A stretch of 36,820 bases of DNA from assembly GCA_002104905.1 (NCBI GenBank), contig MCFE01000778.1, forward strand, positions 1 to 36,820, in the 5' to 3' direction. Both the position numbers and the translations under genes were made by a program. How positions within the stretch are numbered: position 1 is the first letter of the stretch; each line of letters begins with the position of its first letter. The notes under the pieces are model-generated. The model saw only the letters and a list, made by a program, of their open reading frames with translations, did not search any database and had not been told where the DNA came from. Shown here one piece after another: positions 33,827 through 36,820 of this stretch. The stretch is from Basidiobolus meristosporus CBS 931.73. Taxonomy: Eukaryota; Fungi; Basidiobolomycota.

Positions 33827-36820
33827 GGGGGGGAGACAGTAACCAACAGGTAAAATCTTTATTTCAGTTGAAACAAAGAAGCCAGCGCTACTGTTGTAGC
33901 TTTGATACAAGAGTGTGTAGCTGAGGGGAATTTGTAGGTAAGTTAATAAGAAGTGATGATAGTTCTTCAGTGCTCAAGACACTGTTCAGTGGGAAGGGGG
34001 GTAGCAAGAGAGGTAAGAATGACTTGTGAACAACATTAATGAGGGGAATGTGATAAGGATTGATATTCATCATAAAGGGAGTGTGCTGCTGCAGATATTG
34101 CTGCCAAAGGTCTGTCAAGTACTTCAGGTAGGCCAGCTTGGGTTTTTCTGACTGCAGAATAAAGTGAGCAAACTTCTTGACTTCAGGATCTCCAAGTATA
34201 GTTCTCCAGCAAGAGCCAGGTGTTGTGTGGTGTGTTCTCTTCCAGGCCTTAATCAGTGGGTTGTTGCAGTTGTGAAGTCTGAGGTATAATCTGGTTCTAA
34301 GGTAGAGAAGTCTGATCTTATAGGGCATAAACCCAAAAGCACCAAGAATAGCATGTCTGTAGGGGCATTCAGGCAAATGAGGCACCAAGGAGGTAATGCA
34401 CCATACTGCAAACTTGTCAAGCTTAGTGCAGTCTCTAGAAGTAAGAGAGAGAAGTGGTAAGCCAAATTCCAGGACAGGGAAGACAAACTGCTTGAGTAGA
34501 AGGAGGCAGCTGGGAGCTGAAGTTGTAGGAGGAGTAACAGCCAGTAGCTTGTGGAGTGCCTGTCTTGCAAGGATAATTCTCTACTTCAGGTGTGCTCCAG
34601 AGTCTAGTCCAGTAGGAAGGAAAGGAAAGCCAAGATATGTAGCAGAAACCTGAGCAGGTAGAGTGGAGTTCTCCAAGTTGATGGGAGAGCCCAAAGGTAC
34701 TGTCTTTGCAATGGAAAGCTAGAGATTATTCTTCTGCAGATACTGGTGGATGGTCTGGGAGTCTTGTTGCACATTTGAGGAGGATATTCTGATGTCATCA
34801 GCAAAGAGAGTAACCAGGCAGTCAGCTGAGAGTCTTGGGAAATCATTCAGGAAGATGGCAAACAGTATAGGACCAAGCACAGATCCTTGAACCACTCCAT
34901 TAGGAACTGAGAATACAGCTGATTGCTCACTTGGGTGCAGAATTCTTGCTTGTGGATCCAGAAACAGAGACCTGACAGGGAGGGTGAGAGAGGTACTGGA
35001 GAAGCATTGCAACTTGGACCAAAGCAGATTTCTGTCAACTGAATCAAAGGCCTTAGTAATTTCAAACAGAACAGAGGGATACTTGCACTGGAGAGAGTGA
35101 TCTTGGCTAAGTATGACTGCATATTCCAAGGAGAGGTCAGGAACAAAGCCAAACTGTGCAGGATGAAACTTGATGGAGTCAGAGTAGAGCTCCTGAGCAA
35201 GCAGAACCTCAAACACCTTTCTGCAGGTGGGCAGCAGAGATATTGGCCTGTAGGAGCTAGGATCCAGGTGCCTTCCTTTACCCTTGTACAGTGGCAGAAC
35301 ATTTGCAAAGGACCATTCCTCAGGAGTAGAAAGCTGGGCTGAGCATTGCTGAAACAGTGGAAGCAGAAGTGCAGACATGGCCTTGGTACTAGTCTTGAGA
35401 AGCTCATAGGAGATTGTGTCCACACCTGGAGCAGTAGAGTTGGGAAGCCTCTTGAGCACATTATGGATTCTCCCTTGATCAAGTGCAAGTGGGATGGGCA
35501 GAGTCTTGAAGTCAGGATGAAAGCCAGGAGTTGAGTACTGCTTTGTAGAGAAGAAGATGTTAGCCAGCTGTTCTATTGAAGGTAACTTCCTGGAAGAGGG
35601 CCTCATTGCCCTGTAGAGTCTTGATACTGTTCTTGTTATAGAGTTGGAAGATTGCAGAGGCAAAGAACTCATAATATGATCCCAGAGCTGAGTATGCAGA
35701 GTGTGGTGAATTGCCTTGGAGTGGTGTATGGCTGTCAGGTGGAGTTTCTCTGTTTTTAGGTTAGGGAAACTCAGGTAGCTTTGTTGCAGGGCTGAAACTA
35801 TAGATTCCCTTTCTCTTGAGGTAACAGCAGTAGTCTTGCATGGCAGTGAGAGGGAGGCAGACACCAGAATCAGATGCTTCACAAAGAGCCAGGCATAGTT
35901 GAGATCATCTGGCAGAGAAAGTAGCAAACTGGCAAGCTTCAAGTAGTTCCCAAAGTCTTTCTTCTGATTCTTGGTAGCTTTGTGGGTGAGCACAGTAAGT
36001 TTTGGCAGCTTCTTCTTCACAACTAGTTGCATAGAAAGGGACCAGGCTGGGTGGTCAGAGGCTCTCAAGGATCCTAGCTCAGCTCCAGAGAATTGCTTGA
36101 CTTCATTCACAAAGTAGAGGGCAGCAGCAGAAGGGCAGATCCAGTCAACACATCTTTTCTCAGATTGAGCACCTAGTGCTAGCAGATGGCTTTCTCTCAG
36201 GAAGTTCAGTAGAAATGTAGACCCTGGCTTCATTCTTGCAGTCAGAGTAGTCTTGTTCTCAGGATGGGGAATGTTGAGATCTCCAAGCAAGATAATAGGT
36301 GTTGATATAGATTGCTGGTATTGCTGAACTTTCTGGCATATAACTTGCACTTCCTGAAGGGCAAGACTTGGAGGCAGATAGCAGAGCACCAGACTGATAG
36401 TTGGCAACTGGAGAGCAGCACAGTAAGGGGAGTTAAGAGGAACACAGAGCTGAGGAGTATTGATGGTAGAAGAGATGAAGCAGATGGAGGAGGTATTCTT
36501 TGTTCTAGGAGTAGAAAAGCAATATAGATTAGTCAAAAGTATAGAGGGTAGCTGGACATCAATCAAACACAGGAGGGAAAATCTTGAAAGAAGTCTCTCT
36601 AGAGTTGGTCTTGATGGCTGTATGCTGTTGCAGTTAAGCAACAGAACTTCAGGTAGTCAGGCAGAGGTTGTAGCTTCTTCAGAGGCAGCATTGACAATGT
36701 GACCTGCAGAGTCCCAGAGCTCTTCAAATGGTGCATCACTTAAGTCAGCAAGGAGGGAAATGGCATGATTCTTGAGGAAGTATGCCACCTCATAGGAGGG
36801 GGCTTGTCTCTTGATGGCAG
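33824..36820 (-). mobile_element. LINE copy 2 (non-LTR retrotransposon): APE endonuclease plus reverse transcriptase, with 3' end; continues beyond the window
   Basis: One frame from 36656 to the stop at 33888 (~920 codons): APE motifs LLLNCNSI, CYLPPS, ILLGDLNIP, CVDWI, SDHPA, then RT motifs QGSVLGPILF and FADD. Two premature TAGs in the RT C-terminal region are sense codons in copy 1. The ~64-nt 3' UTR has AATAAA, ends CCCCCCCTAA and has no poly(A). Clade not assigned. Confidence 0.95.

Noticed and set aside
33824-33840. TTAGGGGGGGAGA as a gypsy polypurine tract preceding a 3' LTR
   Set aside because: The same motif with the same downstream blocks occurs at 29018, 29119 and 32268 and lies 64 nt from the LINE stop codon, so it is better explained as the LINE 3' end.
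33888-33924. C-terminus of the 285-aa ORF 33067-33924 as genuine gag sequence
   Set aside because: After QLR the frame reads antisense LINE 3' UTR and ORF end; it is a chimeric read-through.
1-36820. tRNA, rRNA or CRISPR arrays
   Set aside because: No cloverleaf with T-loop/D-loop consensus, no rRNA-like conserved segments and no regularly spaced direct repeats with unique spacers were seen.

Overview
Eukaryotic, almost certainly fungal, genomic window: it carries CHS7, and most introns are short (~55-110 nt) GT-AG introns with CTRAY branch points. The lineage cannot be fixed from the sequence alone. A CpG-rich gene island holds five intron-containing genes: ZUP1/Mug105-like deubiquitinase (-), CHS7 (+), PUB1/TIA-1 (+), VAC8 (+) and EDE1/Eps15-like (-). 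Two almost CpG-free repeat blocks flank it. The left block (~1-8.9 kb) has two divergent, decayed Ty1/copia elements and a solo LTR. The right block (~28.7-36.8 kb) has nested solo LTRs of the same family, a Ty3/gypsy-type gag, two copies of an APE-endonuclease/RT LINE and several ~100-bp remnants related to that LINE's 3' end. The LINE is the most unusual element. Its 3' end has no poly(A) and finishes in CCCCTAA (telomere-like), and related tails lie head-to-tail. An in-frame TGA-CTA (a known fungal readthrough context) sits just before its endonuclease. It has no CpG over ~2.9 kb but keeps a 640-codon open frame. Also notable is a long, multiply base-paired first intron in PUB1. All alignments, exon boundaries and counts were done by eye and need computational confirmation.
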